Below, piece after piece: positions 33,285 through 42,848 of a stretch of DNA of 49,645 nucleotides (the first letter of the stretch is position 1; each line of letters opens with the position of its first letter). The stretch is from an uncultured Solibacteraceae bacterium. Its GTDB lineage: Bacteria > Acidobacteriota > Vicinamibacteria > Vicinamibacterales > SCN-69-37. A model generated the notes under the pieces. The model saw nothing but the letters and a program-made list of their open reading frames with translations. It did not search any database and had not been told where the DNA came from. The translations under genes and the position numbers were made by a program. The DNA lies in assembly GCA_964343975.1 (NCBI GenBank), contig CAYFLU010000005.1:1-49645 (forward strand). Direction: 5' to 3'.

Positions 33285-36200
33285 TTGGCCACGGTTCGCA
33301 TTTATAAGGTCGCTTCCCTCCTCGGTCTGACCAGTCAGGAGGCGATGGCGCTCCTCAAGCAGGAGACCGGGATCGAGGTGAAGAGCGCCTCGGGCTCGGT
33401 TGAGGAAATCGTCGCGCGACAGTTCGTCGAGAAGCAGGCGCGCGCGCGAAAGATCCAGCTGCCACCGCCCTCGAAGATGTTCGAGGATGCCCCGGCGGCG
33501 CCCGCCAAGAAGGGCGCCGCAAAGGGCGCCAAGACGCCCGAGCCGCCGAAGCCGGCCGCGCCGGCGCTGCGTCCCCGTCTCGTCAAGACCGTCAAGCATG
33601 ACGGCGCACACGACGACCATCACGACGCCGCCCACGACGCGCACGGGCATGACGCGCATGACGGGCATGACGCGCCGGCCCACGCCGGGCACGACGAACA
33701 TGCCGGACACGCCGCACACGACGAGCACGCCGCGCCGGCACACGACGACATGCAGGTCGCGGAACCCGCGGCGGTCGATCGTGATGACCAAGTGACCCAC
33801 GCGCCGGCCGCCGAGACGGCTGCGCCAGCAGCGCCCGTCGCCGAACCCGAGCCAGTCGAAGCCCCGGCCCCCGCTGCGGCGGCCCCGGTGGTCGAAGAGG
33901 CCCCGGCACCGGCCGCGGCTGAAGCGCCTGCCCCGGCGGCTGACGCCAAGCCGGCACCGACACATGTGGTCCGCCCCGGCGGCCTGCGTGTGGAAGTGAC
34001 GCCGCCGGCGCCGTTGAAGCCGCGAATCACCGAAGTGCCGGCGCAGAACCTGGCGAAGCCGGCCGCGCCGGCCCAGGCGAAGGGCACGCTGCGTCCGTCC
34101 GCGCCGCCGCCCACGAAGCCCGCCACGCCGCCGCCAGCGCGCCCCGCTGCGCCGGTCGTGGAGACCAAAGCGCCTGCGGCGCCGCCCGTGCCGCCGGCCC
34201 CGCCGGCGCCGGCCATGCCGCCGCGTGCCGCCCGCGTGGTGCCGCCGACGCGACGCCTCCGGATCGAAGACCCCGTCACCGGCGAAGCGCCGGCCGCGCG
34301 TCCCGTGTTGCCGCGCCCGGTGCTCCGTGCCCCGGTGCCGCCGCAGACGCCGCGCGTGCCGCAGGCCCCGACCGGCAACCTCGCGCGTCCGGGAGGTCCG
34401 GGCGGTCTGCGACCGAGCGGCCCTGGTGCGCGTCCGCCGATTGGCGGTCCCCGCCCGCTTCCCTCTCAGCCGATGCGTCCGGGGCAGCCCGGCGCGCTCG
34501 GCCAGCGTCCCGGCCAGCCGGGTCAGCGCCCGGGTGGCCCCGGTCAGAACCGGCCACCGCTGGGCTTGCGCGCCCGTGGCGGACGCCGCGACGATCGCCC
34601 GTCCTTCACGCCGCAGATCGAAGCGCCGCCGCCGGTCACCCGCCTCATCACGCTCGCTGAGGGCATGACGGTGAAGGACCTCGCCGAGAAGCTCGAGGTC
34701 AAGCCGAAGGACGTCCTGAAGAAGCTCATGGACCGTCGCATGATCATGACGATCAACACGACGCTCGATGCCGAAACGGCGCAGATGATCTCGCTGCAGT
34801 TCGGCGCCGAAGTCCTGATGCGCTCGTTCGAAGAAGAAGTCACCGAAGTCGAAGCCGAAGCGTCGAAGCCCGAAGATCTGGTCGAGCGCGCGCCGGTCGT
34901 GACCGTCATGGGCCACGTCGACCACGGCAAGACCTCGCTCCTCGACACGATCCGCTCGGCCCGCGTGGCCGACAAGGAAGCCGGCGGCATCACGCAGCAC
35001 ATCGGCGCCTACTCGGTCACCGTGAACAACCGCCGCGTGGTCTTCCTCGACACGCCGGGTCACGAAGCGTTCACGATGATGCGCGCCCGCGGCGCCAAGG
35101 TCACCGACATCGTCGTCCTCGTCGTGGCGGCCGATGACGGCGTCATGCCGCAGACGAAGGAAGCGATCGACCACGCGAAGGAAGCGAAGGTCCCGATCGT
35201 CGTCGCGATCAACAAGATCGACAAGCCCGACGCCAACCCGGAACGCGTCAAGCGCGAGCTGGCCGAACTCGGCCTGCAGCCGGAAGACTGGGGCGGCACC
35301 ACCGTCACCGTGCCGGTGTCGGCGCGCCAGAAGACGAACATCGATCAGCTGCTCGAAATGATCCTGCTCGTCTCGGACATCGGCCAGTTCAAGGCCAACC
35401 CGAAGCGCCTCGCGCAGGGCACCGTCATCGAAGCCAAGCTCGACAAGGGCCGCGGCCCGGTGGCGCACGTGCTCGTGCAGGATGGCACGCTCAACGAAGG
35501 CGACGTGTTCATCGCGGGCGTCGTGGACGGCAAGGTCCGCGCGCTCTTCGACGATCGCGGCCAGAAGGTGAAGTCGGTCGGCCCGTCGACGCCGGTGGAA
35601 GTGCTCGGTATCTCGGCCCTCCCCGCCCCAGGCGACACGTTCCAAGTCATCGACGACCCGATCAAGGTCCGTCAGGTCATCACGTTCCGTCAGTCGCAGG
35701 CGAAGGACAAGTCGCTCGGCGCCAAGGGCGGACGCCTCACCCTCGAGTCGCTGCAGGCCCAGATGGCCGAAGGCGGCCTCAAGGAACTGGCGATCATCAT
35801 CAAGGCCGACGTGCAGGGTTCGTCGGAAGTGCTGTCCGACTCGCTCGCGAAGCTCAGCGACGACAAGGTCAAGATCCGGATCATCCACAGCGGCGTCGGC
35901 GCCATCAACGAATCCGACGTCCTGCTGGCCTCCGCGTCGAAGGCGATCATCATCGGCTTCAACGTCAAGCCCGACCGCAACGCCGCCGAAGTGGCCGAGC
36001 GCGAGGAAGTGGACATCCGCCAGCACTCGATCATCTACAACGTCACCGACGAGATTAAGAAGGCGATGACGGGCCTGCTCGAGCCGACGCTCAAGGAATC
36101 GCGCGTCGGTGTGGCCGAAGTCCGCGCGGTCTTCAAGGCCGGCAAGGGCGCGATCGCGGGCTGCATCGTCACGCAGGGCGACATCAAGCGTGGGTCGAGC

Positions 36201-36395
36201 CTGCAGGCGCGTCTGCTCCGCGACGGCAAGGTGATCTGGACCGGCAAGCTCAGCTCGCTGCGCCGCTTCAAGGACGACGTGAGCGAGGTCAAGCAGGGCA
36301 TGGAGTGCGGTATCGGCCTCGACAAGTTCAACGACATGAAGGAGCGCGACATCATCGAGCTCGTCAGCATCGAAAAGGTCGCCGCCACGCTGTAG
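33285..36395 (+). CDS. infB: Translation initiation factor IF-2
   Basis: The G-domain has [24 protein letters not shown] and NKID. The C-terminal domains end ...[13 protein letters not shown]. The start is TTG at 33285 with AGGAG 5 nt upstream. The N-terminal region is long and rich in Pro/Ala and His/Asp. Confidence 0.95.
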   Translation: MATVRIYKVASLLGLTSQEAMALLKQETGIEVKSASGSVEEIVARQFVEKQARARKIQLPPPSKMFEDAPAAPAKKGAAKGAKTPEPPKPAAPALRPRLVKTVKHDGAHDDHHDAAHDAHGHDAHDGHDAPAHAGHDEHAGHAAHDEHAAPAHDDMQVAEPAAVDRDDQVTHAPAAETAAPAAPVAEPEPVEAPAPAAAAPVVEEAPAPAAAEAPAPAADAKPAPTHVVRPGGLRVEVTPPAPLKPRITEVPAQNLAKPAAPAQAKGTLRPSAPPPTKPATPPPARPAAPVVETKAPAAPPVPPAPPAPAMPPRAARVVPPTRRLRIEDPVTGEAPAARPVLPRPVLRAPVPPQTPRVPQAPTGNLARPGGPGGLRPSGPGARPPIGGPRPLPSQPMRPGQPGALGQRPGQPGQRPGGPGQNRPPLGLRARGGRRDDRPSFTPQIEAPPPVTRLITLAEGMTVKDLAEKLEVKPKDVLKKLMDRRMIMTINTTLDAETAQMISLQFGAEVLMRSFEEEVTEVEAEASKPEDLVERAPVVTVMGHVDHGKTSLLDTIRSARVADKEAGGITQHIGAYSVTVNNRRVVFLDTPGHEAFTMMRARGAKVTDIVVLVVAADDGVMPQTKEAIDHAKEAKVPIVVAINKIDKPDANPERVKRELAELGLQPEDWGGTTVTVPVSARQKTNIDQLLEMILLVSDIGQFKANPKRLAQGTVIEAKLDKGRGPVAHVLVQDGTLNEGDVFIAGVVDGKVRALFDDRGQKVKSVGPSTPVEVLGISALPAPGDTFQVIDDPIKVRQVITFRQSQAKDKSLGAKGGRLTLESLQAQMAEGGLKELAIIIKADVQGSSEVLSDSLAKLSDDKVKIRIIHSGVGAINESDVLLASASKAIIIGFNVKPDRNAAEVAEREEVDIRQHSIIYNVTDEIKKAMTGLLEPTLKESRVGVAEVRAVFKAGKGAIAGCIVTQGDIKRGSSLQARLLRDGKVIWTGKLSSLRRFKDDVSEVKQGMECGIGLDKFNDMKERDIIELVSIEKVAATL

Positions 36396-36401
36396 TTCCA
36401 C

Positions 36402-36450
36402 GGCCAGCGTGCGGACGGCATCGCCGCTTCGCACGCTGGCCTTTTCATTT
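36402..36450 (+). terminator. Intra-operon hairpin plus T-tract between infB and rbfA (partial terminator or attenuator)
   Basis: ggccagcgtgcg pairs with cgcacgctggcc (12-bp stem, 16-nt loop) and is followed by ttttcattt. Confidence 0.6.
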
Positions 36451-36462
36451 CCGGCACATCCT

Positions 36463-36912
36463 ATGGCTCAAGGTTCCCGCCCCGACCGCGTCGCTGAAGA
36501 AGTCCGTCACGTGCTGAGCGAGTCGCTGGCGCGTGAGGTGCACGATCCCGGCATCGGGTTCGTCACGATCACGCACGTGAAGGTGTCGCCGGATCTCCAG
36601 CTCGCGCGCGTGAACTACACGTGTCTGGGCGACGAGAAGGCCAAGGCCTCCACAAAGGCCGCGCTCGAGCGTGCCAAGCCGTTCCTGCGCCGCCAAATCG
36701 GCGCGCACATCCGTCTGCGCCGGGTGCCCGAGCTGATCTTCCACTTCGACGAAGGCATCGCCCATCAGGCGCGCGTCGAGGAACTGATCATCGAGATCCA
36801 GAAGGAACGCGAGCTCCATCCGTATCAGGAGTCGACGCCGGCCGAGACGACCGGCACGGCGGCGCCGACCGATGCGGCCAAGGCGGACGCTCCCAAGAAG
36901 GACGCCGAGTGA
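36463..36912 (+). CDS. rbfA: Ribosome-binding factor A
   Basis: Starts MAQGSRPDRVAEEVRHVLSESLAREVHDPGIGFVTITHVKVSPDLQLARV and contains ELIFHFD. The track ORF was trimmed to ATG 36463. Confidence 0.9.
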   Translation: MAQGSRPDRVAEEVRHVLSESLAREVHDPGIGFVTITHVKVSPDLQLARVNYTCLGDEKAKASTKAALERAKPFLRRQIGAHIRLRRVPELIFHFDEGIAHQARVEELIIEIQKERELHPYQESTPAETTGTAAPTDAAKADAPKKDAE

Positions 36913-37865
36913 GCGTGAAAGATGTCGTCCGCGCCATCGAGGCGCGGCACTCGTTCGTCCTCACCTCCCATGCGCGTCCCGACGGCGACGCCATCGGTTC
37001 GCAGATCGCGCTGGGTCTGGCACTCGAATCGCTCGGCAAGACCGTACGGTTCGTCGATCGCGATCCCGCACCGCAACCGTACCGCCACTTCCCCGCCGTT
37101 GATCGCGTGGAGTGCCTGGAGCGATTCGAGGGCCACCCCGACGCCGTGATCGTGATGGAGTGCAGCGCGCTCGATCGCACGGGCGTGGCCGGCTTCGAGG
37201 GCCACTACCTCATCAACGTCGATCACCACGCCGGCAACACGATGTATGGCGCGGTGAACTGGTTCGACGAATCGGCGGCGGCCGTTGCCGAGATGGCGGC
37301 GGAGATCATCGACGCGCTCGGCGTGGCCTGGACGCCGGCCATCGCCACGCACCTCTACCTCGGTATCTCCACCGACACGGGCTCGTTCCGCCACGCGAAC
37401 ATCACGTCGCGGACCTTCGACCTCTGCCGCCGCATCGCCGCTGCGGGCGTGAACCCGGCTGCGCTCGCGCGCGAGATCTACGACAGCTTCTCGATCGGCC
37501 GCGTGCGCCTCACCGGCGAAATGCTCCACGCCATGCAGCTCCACTACGACCAGCGCGTCGCCGTGCTCTACTTCGACGATGACCTGCTGGCGCGGTGTGG
37601 GGCCACGGTGGACGACACGGACGGCCTCGTCAATATCCCGCTCGGCGCCAAGGACATCGTCGCCGTGGCGCTCATCAAGAAGCAGGCCGACGGCGGCTTC
37701 CGCGTCAGCCTCCGCTCAAAGGGCGCCGTGAACGTGCGCGCCGTGGCCCAGCAGTGGGGCGGCGGCGGCCACGTCAATGCGAGCGGCTGCTCGCTCACCG
37801 GCGATCAGGCGAGCGTCACGCGCCAGATCGTCGACGCGCTCGGCCCCGCGCTGCAGACGACGTAA
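36909..37865 (+). CDS. DHH/DHHA1 phosphoesterase (NrnA-like oligoribonuclease / pAp phosphatase)
   Basis: Contains TSHARPDGDAIGS, NVDHHAGN and the DHHA1 motif GGGGH. The GTG start at 36909 overlaps the rbfA stop (GTGA). The upstream part of track ORF 36621.. is an out-of-frame read through rbfA. Confidence 0.8.
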   Translation: MSVKDVVRAIEARHSFVLTSHARPDGDAIGSQIALGLALESLGKTVRFVDRDPAPQPYRHFPAVDRVECLERFEGHPDAVIVMECSALDRTGVAGFEGHYLINVDHHAGNTMYGAVNWFDESAAAVAEMAAEIIDALGVAWTPAIATHLYLGISTDTGSFRHANITSRTFDLCRRIAAAGVNPAALAREIYDSFSIGRVRLTGEMLHAMQLHYDQRVAVLYFDDDLLARCGATVDDTDGLVNIPLGAKDIVAVALIKKQADGGFRVSLRSKGAVNVRAVAQQWGGGGHVNASGCSLTGDQASVTRQIVDALGPALQTT

Positions 37866-37870
37866 CGCGG

Positions 37871-38767
37871 ATGAACGGCATTCTCCTCATCGACAAATCG
37901 GTCGGTCCGACCTCGCACGACGTCGTGGCCCGCATCCGCAACACCGCGCGCGAGCGCAGCGTGGGCCACACGGGCACGCTCGATCCGCGCGCCACGGGCC
38001 TGCTGCCACTCGTCATGGGCAAGGCCACGCGGCTCGCGCCGTACCTCAGCTCAAGCGAGAAGACCTACGACGCGAGGCTCGAGCTCGGGGTCGAGACGTC
38101 GACGGAGGACGCCGCCGGCGACGTGATCTCGCGATTCGACGGCCCACTGCCGGGCCACGACGCCATCGCGGCGGCGCTCGACGCCTTCCGGGGCATGTTC
38201 GATCAGGTGCCGTCGACCATCTCGGCCAAGCGTATCGACGGCCACAAGGCCTACGACCTCGCGCGCGCCGACAAGGTGGTGGAGCTGAAGCCGGTCAGCG
38301 TCACCGTCAGCGAACTGCTCTTGCGCCGCGTCGACGCGGCCGTCGTCGAACTCACCGTCACCGCCACGGCCGGCTTCTACGTGCGCGCGCTGGCGCGCGA
38401 TCTCGGGCGCGCGCTCGGCTGCGGCGCGCACCTCACGGCGCTGCGCCGCACGCGCAGTGGCGCGTTCACGCTCGCCGCGGCGCTGCCGCTCGACGAGGCG
38501 GAGCGCCTCGGTCCTGACGTGGCCGCGCACCTCATCAATCCGGCGGATGCGCTCCCGCACTTCCCCGCTGTGACCGTGAATGCGCTGGGGTATCGCCGCA
38601 TGACGCACGGCAATCCGATCTCGCCCGATCAGTTGATCGGCCTGGTGGTGCCGGTGACCGGCGCCGGCGAGAAAGTGCGCGTGCTGGGCGAAGACGGCAC
38701 ACTGCTCGGCCTCGCAGACTCGCGCGGCGGGGCGCTGCATCCAGCCGTGGTGCTGGCCGACCGCTAG
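37871..38767 (+). CDS. truB: tRNA pseudouridine(55) synthase
   Basis: Starts MNGILLIDKSVGPTSHDVVARIR and contains GHTGTLDPRATGLLPLVMGKATR (catalytic Asp motif). Start taken at ATG 37871. Confidence 0.92.
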   Translation: MNGILLIDKSVGPTSHDVVARIRNTARERSVGHTGTLDPRATGLLPLVMGKATRLAPYLSSSEKTYDARLELGVETSTEDAAGDVISRFDGPLPGHDAIAAALDAFRGMFDQVPSTISAKRIDGHKAYDLARADKVVELKPVSVTVSELLLRRVDAAVVELTVTATAGFYVRALARDLGRALGCGAHLTALRRTRSGAFTLAAALPLDEAERLGPDVAAHLINPADALPHFPAVTVNALGYRRMTHGNPISPDQLIGLVVPVTGAGEKVRVLGEDGTLLGLADSRGGALHPAVVLADR

Positions 38768-38777
38768 ATCGCAAGAA

Positions 38778-38817
38778 GCCGGGAGTTAATTCGACGAATT
38801 AACTCCCGGCTTTTTGT
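38778..38817. terminator. Bidirectional rho-independent terminator between truB (+) and the symporter gene (-)
   Basis: gccgggagttaattcg-a-cgaattaactcccggc is a 16-bp perfect palindrome followed by tttttgt. The reverse strand has ttcttgc after the stem. Confidence 0.8.
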
Positions 38818-38821
38818 CTGC

Positions 38822-40219
38822 TCAGGCCTTCGAGCGGTTCGGCGCCAGCACACACATCACGGCCATCGTCGCAACGCCGACGAAGATGCCGAGCGCGATC
38901 GGATTGAAGATCCACCATCCTTTGCCGTTCGTCGAGAAGTGGATGATCACTTCGCCGACCACCGACACGGCCATCGTCGTGAAGGCGGCCGTGGCGCTGG
39001 GGATCTTCGAATACAAGCCGGCCACGAGCGGGGTGAGCAGTACCACCGTCAAGAGGCCGTAGAACGCCGTCAGGGCCGACACGACCGTCGGCAGCAGCAT
39101 CGCGAAGACGGCGCCGAGCACGCCCGCTACGACCGACGTCCAGCGCGTGAACCGCAGCAGCTGGTCTTCCGTTGCCGACGGATTGATCAGCGTCTTGTAG
39201 AGGTCCTTGCCGAGCGACGTCGACAGCATGAACAGCACGGCGTCGCCGGCGCTCAGTTCAGCCGAGAACACCGCGCCGAGGAGGAGCGCGCCCAGCCACC
39301 ACGGCAGCAGTTCACGCAGCACCGTCGGCAGCGCCAGCTCCGGGTTGTCGAGATGCGGGAATGCCTGCCGCGCGATCATGCCGAGGAGCGCCGGCAGCAC
39401 AGCGTAGAACAGCAGGACAACGGCGTGCCAACCGACACCGGCACGCACCGCGGATTCATCCTTCGCGCCATAGAGCTTCTGAATGAGCCCCGGCGCGATG
39501 AAGAAGTTCGGCATGAAGATCGCGAGATAGCCAAGGACGCCGCTCACGCCGACGCCCACCGGCGAGAAGTAACCGGCCGGCACGTTCGGCATGGCCTGCA
39601 GCCCCGACCAGCCGCCGACCGCATGCAGCGCCCACGGCACCGCGATGAGGAAGCCGACCATCTTCACCGTGATCTGAATCACGTGCAGCATCGCCGACGT
39701 GCGCAGACCGCCCGTCGAGAAGTACGCCGCGATCACGAGGCCACCGAGCGCGCAGCCGATCGGCTTGGCGAGTCCGGCCGTGACGTTCAGGATCCACGCG
39801 ATGGCGATCAACTGCCCCGCCAGAATGAACAGGCAGCCCAGCCACAGCGTGGCGCCGAGGAACAGGCGCACCTTGGCGTCGTAGCGCATCTCCAGGTAGT
39901 CGCCCACGGTGAGCAGGTTGTATTGCTTGGCGATGCGATAGATGCGCGGGCCGATGAAGAACGCCAGGATCAGCGAGCCGATGCCCGCGGATCCGACCCA
40001 CCAGAATGCGGACAGGCCCTGTGTGAACCCGCGGCCGGTCGCCCCGACCGTCGACCCGGCGCCGATGTTGGCGGCCAGAAACGTCGCGAAGATGAGCCCC
40101 GGCGGCAACGAGCGGCCCGCCACGAAGAAGTCTTTCGCCGACGTGACGCGCCGCGAGAGGAACAGCCCCAGCGCGACGAGGCCGACCGCGTAGGCCACCA
40201 ACACCAGCAAATAGCTCAT
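38822..40219 (-). CDS. Sodium:solute symporter family (SSF) transporter
   Basis: The start is set at ATG 40219 (MSYLLVLVAYAVGLVALGLFLSRRVTSAKDFFVAGRSLPPG, a typical SSF N-terminus). There are about 12-13 hydrophobic helices. The start overlaps the upstream M20 stop (ATGA). Confidence 0.85.
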   Translation of the reverse strand: MSYLLVLVAYAVGLVALGLFLSRRVTSAKDFFVAGRSLPPGLIFATFLAANIGAGSTVGATGRGFTQGLSAFWWVGSAGIGSLILAFFIGPRIYRIAKQYNLLTVGDYLEMRYDAKVRLFLGATLWLGCLFILAGQLIAIAWILNVTAGLAKPIGCALGGLVIAAYFSTGGLRTSAMLHVIQITVKMVGFLIAVPWALHAVGGWSGLQAMPNVPAGYFSPVGVGVSGVLGYLAIFMPNFFIAPGLIQKLYGAKDESAVRAGVGWHAVVLLFYAVLPALLGMIARQAFPHLDNPELALPTVLRELLPWWLGALLLGAVFSAELSAGDAVLFMLSTSLGKDLYKTLINPSATEDQLLRFTRWTSVVAGVLGAVFAMLLPTVVSALTAFYGLLTVVLLTPLVAGLYSKIPSATAAFTTMAVSVVGEVIIHFSTNGKGWWIFNPIALGIFVGVATMAVMCVLAPNRSKA

Positions 40220-41490
40220 GCCGCCCCCGTCTTCACACCCATTAAGCGCAGCGTGGCCAAGGCCATGACCTTGGCCGCCGCTTCGAGATCGTCGAGAGAC
40301 ACATATTCGTCGGGTTGATGCGCCATGTCCAGCACGCCGGGCCCATACGAGATGCAGTCGCGCACGTTGGCGATGCGCACGAAGTGTTTCTGGTCGTAGG
40401 TGCCGGGGCTCGCCATGAACGTCGGCGCCTTCTGGCACACGTCCACGATCGACGAGGCCACGGCACTCGACACCGGAGAATCCTTCGGCGTGAAGGTCGG
40501 ATACACGATCATGCGGTCGCGCATCTCGTGTGGCAGGCCCAGCTCCTTCAGCAGGTCGGTGAACTCGCGTTGCACGTCGGCCAGTTCCTCTTCGATGAGG
40601 AAGCGGCGGTCGAAGATCACCGTGCACCGATCGGGCACGCACGGCGTCTGCCGCTGTTCAATCGGCTGACCGGCAAAGATCGAGTTGATGTTGAGCGTCG
40701 CCTGCCGGGCGCCCTTCGGCTCGCACGGCATGTCGGTCACGCGCGCCGCGAGCTTCGGACGAATGCGCTCGGTCACCGCCGACAGGAACGTGTTCATGCG
40801 GTCGACCGCGTTGATGCCGTTGAACGGCATCGAGCCGTGCGCGATGTGGCCCTTGATCGTGACGTCGAACCACCACACACCGCGGTGGCCGAGGCAAATG
40901 CGATCGGGGCCATGCGGCTCGGTGATGATCACGTGGTGCTGACGCTTCGGGTTCAGGTAGCCCTTCTGCGCGAGATATGCGACGCCGGCAAAGCCGCCGC
41001 TCTCTTCATCGACCGTCGAACTCTGCTCCACTGCGCCGGGCAACTGCGCGCCGGCCCGCCGCAGCGCTTCGATCGCATACAGGGAGCACGCGATGCCGGC
41101 CTTCATGTCGCTCGTGCCGCGGCCGTAGAGCTTGCCGTCGATGATGTCGCCGCCGAACGGATCCTTCGTCCAGCCGTCGCCCACCGGCACGACGTCGAGG
41201 TGGCCGTTGAAGTGCACGCACGGCCCGTCGCCGCTCGTGCCCTCCATCCGTCCGAGCACATTGATACGCGGATGCTGCGGCGTGTGGTCTTCGTGCCCCT
41301 CGGCCGCGATCAACTCCGTCGTGTAGCCCAGCCGCTCGTAGTACTCGCGGCACACCTCCGCGTAGTCGGCGTAGTGCTCCCCCGGTGGATTCACCGTGGG
41401 GATGCGCGTGATGACCTGCAGAAACTCCGCCATCTCGGGGACGATGGCTTCGCACTCGCGGAGAACGGCATCAACCAATCGGGCAGACAT
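40216..41490 (-). CDS. M20-family metallopeptidase / deacylase (ArgE/DapE/ACY1/CPG2 group)
   Basis: Contains VHFNGHLDVVP, GRGTSDMKAG, VDEESGG and GPG..DMAHQPDE. Start taken at ATG 41490 (MSARLVDAV...). Confidence 0.8.
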   Translation of the reverse strand: MSARLVDAVLRECEAIVPEMAEFLQVITRIPTVNPPGEHYADYAEVCREYYERLGYTTELIAAEGHEDHTPQHPRINVLGRMEGTSGDGPCVHFNGHLDVVPVGDGWTKDPFGGDIIDGKLYGRGTSDMKAGIACSLYAIEALRRAGAQLPGAVEQSSTVDEESGGFAGVAYLAQKGYLNPKRQHHVIITEPHGPDRICLGHRGVWWFDVTIKGHIAHGSMPFNGINAVDRMNTFLSAVTERIRPKLAARVTDMPCEPKGARQATLNINSIFAGQPIEQRQTPCVPDRCTVIFDRRFLIEEELADVQREFTDLLKELGLPHEMRDRMIVYPTFTPKDSPVSSAVASSIVDVCQKAPTFMASPGTYDQKHFVRIANVRDCISYGPGVLDMAHQPDEYVSLDDLEAAAKVMALATLRLMGVKTGAA

Positions 41491-41518
41491 GCGACGCACT
41501 CACTCTTTCTGAAAGAAC

Positions 41519-41555
41519 GCCACGTCGCCTCGACTGGCATCCGAGGCGACGTGGC
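41519..41555 (-). terminator. Hairpin terminator downstream of the DmpA-like paralog
   Basis: gccacgtcgcctcg-actggcatc-cgaggcgacgtggc forms a 14-bp stem. On the minus strand it is followed by gttctttcag. Confidence 0.6.
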
Positions 41556-41589
41556 GGGGGGACACGGACGAGGATGATCCGTGAGCCGT

Positions 41590-42762
41590 TTACTTGATCA
41601 CGTTCTTGTAGCGGGCCGGGATCGAGCCGATGTCGCGCGCCGACGGCGTGCCCGCCGACTGCGTTGCGTAGACGGCCGCGCGGACCACCGCTTCGGCCAT
41701 CGCTTCGGCCGCGAGTGAGCCGATCTGGCTGTAGTTGGCTGCGCCATCCCACGTGCCGGTGGCGAGCGAGAAGATCGTGTCGCCATCGCCCGGCGTGTGC
41801 GACGGGTTGATCGCGCGCGCGTAGCCGTCGTCGGCCATCATCGCCATCTTCTGCGCCTGCACCTTCGTCAGCTTCGCGTTGGTGGCCACGAGGCCGATCG
41901 TCGTGTTCTCACCGGCGCGGCCTTCACGGTTGCTGCCGGCCACGAGCAGCTTGCGCGCATCGAGGAGCTTGTTGTCCGGGCCGCGCACGCCGGCCACGAC
42001 CTGGCCGTTCGTCGGATCGATGATGTCGCCCACGGCGTTCACCGCGACGATCGCCGCCACGACGAGGCCGTTCGGCATCTTGATCGCGTAGGAGCCGAGG
42101 CCGGCCTTCATCGGGCCCCCACCGCCGCCCGCGCGACCGCCACCGCCCGACTTCCCTACCGTGGAGCCCGCGCCGGCGCCGAAGTTGCCCATCTGCACGG
42201 CCTTCTCCGACGCGGCTTCCGCGGCCTTGTAGCCGCAATCCGCGCCCGGGCGCACCTTCGGGTTCCCGCCAAAGCCGAGGTCGAACAGGATCGCCGACGG
42301 CACGATCGGCACCACGCCGGCAGCGCCGACCGGATAGCCGATGTTGTGCTCGTCGAGCCACTTCATCGTCCCGCTCGCCGCGTCGAGACCGAACGCGCTG
42401 CCGCCCGAGAGGACGATGGCGTTGACGATCTGGACGTTGTTCACGGGGTCGAGCAAATTCGTTTCGCGGGTGCCGGGGGCGCCGCCGCGCTGGGAGACGC
42501 TGCCGGTCGTGCCGTCCTTCGCGAGGATCACGGTGCAGCCCGTGGGCCGCTCGGTCAGCGTGAAATGTCCGACTTTCAGTCCTTCCACCGCGGTCAATGT
42601 GTCGTTGTCAGCGGCGGGCTTCGCAAAGGCCGAGGCTTTCGGATCGGGGGTGAGGGTCGAGGTGCGCGCGCCGGTCTGTGCGGCCGGCGTCTGCGCCTGC
42701 ACCGCGGCCAGGGCAAACGCGCCGGCCGCACCAAGCGTCATGATCCAGGTCTTCGTCATCAA
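41590..42762 (-). CDS. DmpA / S58 (P1) family peptidase paralog, Thr-nucleophile subtype, secreted
   Basis: Has a signal peptide (MMTKTWIMTLGAAGAFALAAVQA), LTAVEGLKVGHFT, GGAPGTRETNLLDP, and the predicted self-processing site GENTTIGLVATNAKL. Confidence 0.8.
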   Translation of the reverse strand: MMTKTWIMTLGAAGAFALAAVQAQTPAAQTGARTSTLTPDPKASAFAKPAADNDTLTAVEGLKVGHFTLTERPTGCTVILAKDGTTGSVSQRGGAPGTRETNLLDPVNNVQIVNAIVLSGGSAFGLDAASGTMKWLDEHNIGYPVGAAGVVPIVPSAILFDLGFGGNPKVRPGADCGYKAAEAASEKAVQMGNFGAGAGSTVGKSGGGGRAGGGGGPMKAGLGSYAIKMPNGLVVAAIVAVNAVGDIIDPTNGQVVAGVRGPDNKLLDARKLLVAGSNREGRAGENTTIGLVATNAKLTKVQAQKMAMMADDGYARAINPSHTPGDGDTIFSLATGTWDGAANYSQIGSLAAEAMAEAVVRAAVYATQSAGTPSARDIGSIPARYKNVIK

Positions 42763-42796
42763 TCGGTCCTCTGCTGCGTGTCGAGCGACGAGAGAC

Positions 42797-42837
42797 GCCC
42801 GTGCCGGAGGGCGGCCGAAGCCCCATCCGGCACGGGC
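42797..42837 (-). terminator. GC hairpin downstream of the TonB-dependent receptor gene
   Basis: gcccgtgccgga pairs with tccggcacgggc (12-bp stem, 17-nt loop). There is no clear T-tract. Confidence 0.45.
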
Positions 42838-42848
42838 GCACGTGCGAT

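Noticed and set aside
33273-36434. 1053-aa ORF on the minus strand
   Set aside because: It lies opposite infB, whose GTPase motifs are unmistakable. The antisense product is dominated by Arg, Gly, Asp and His runs.
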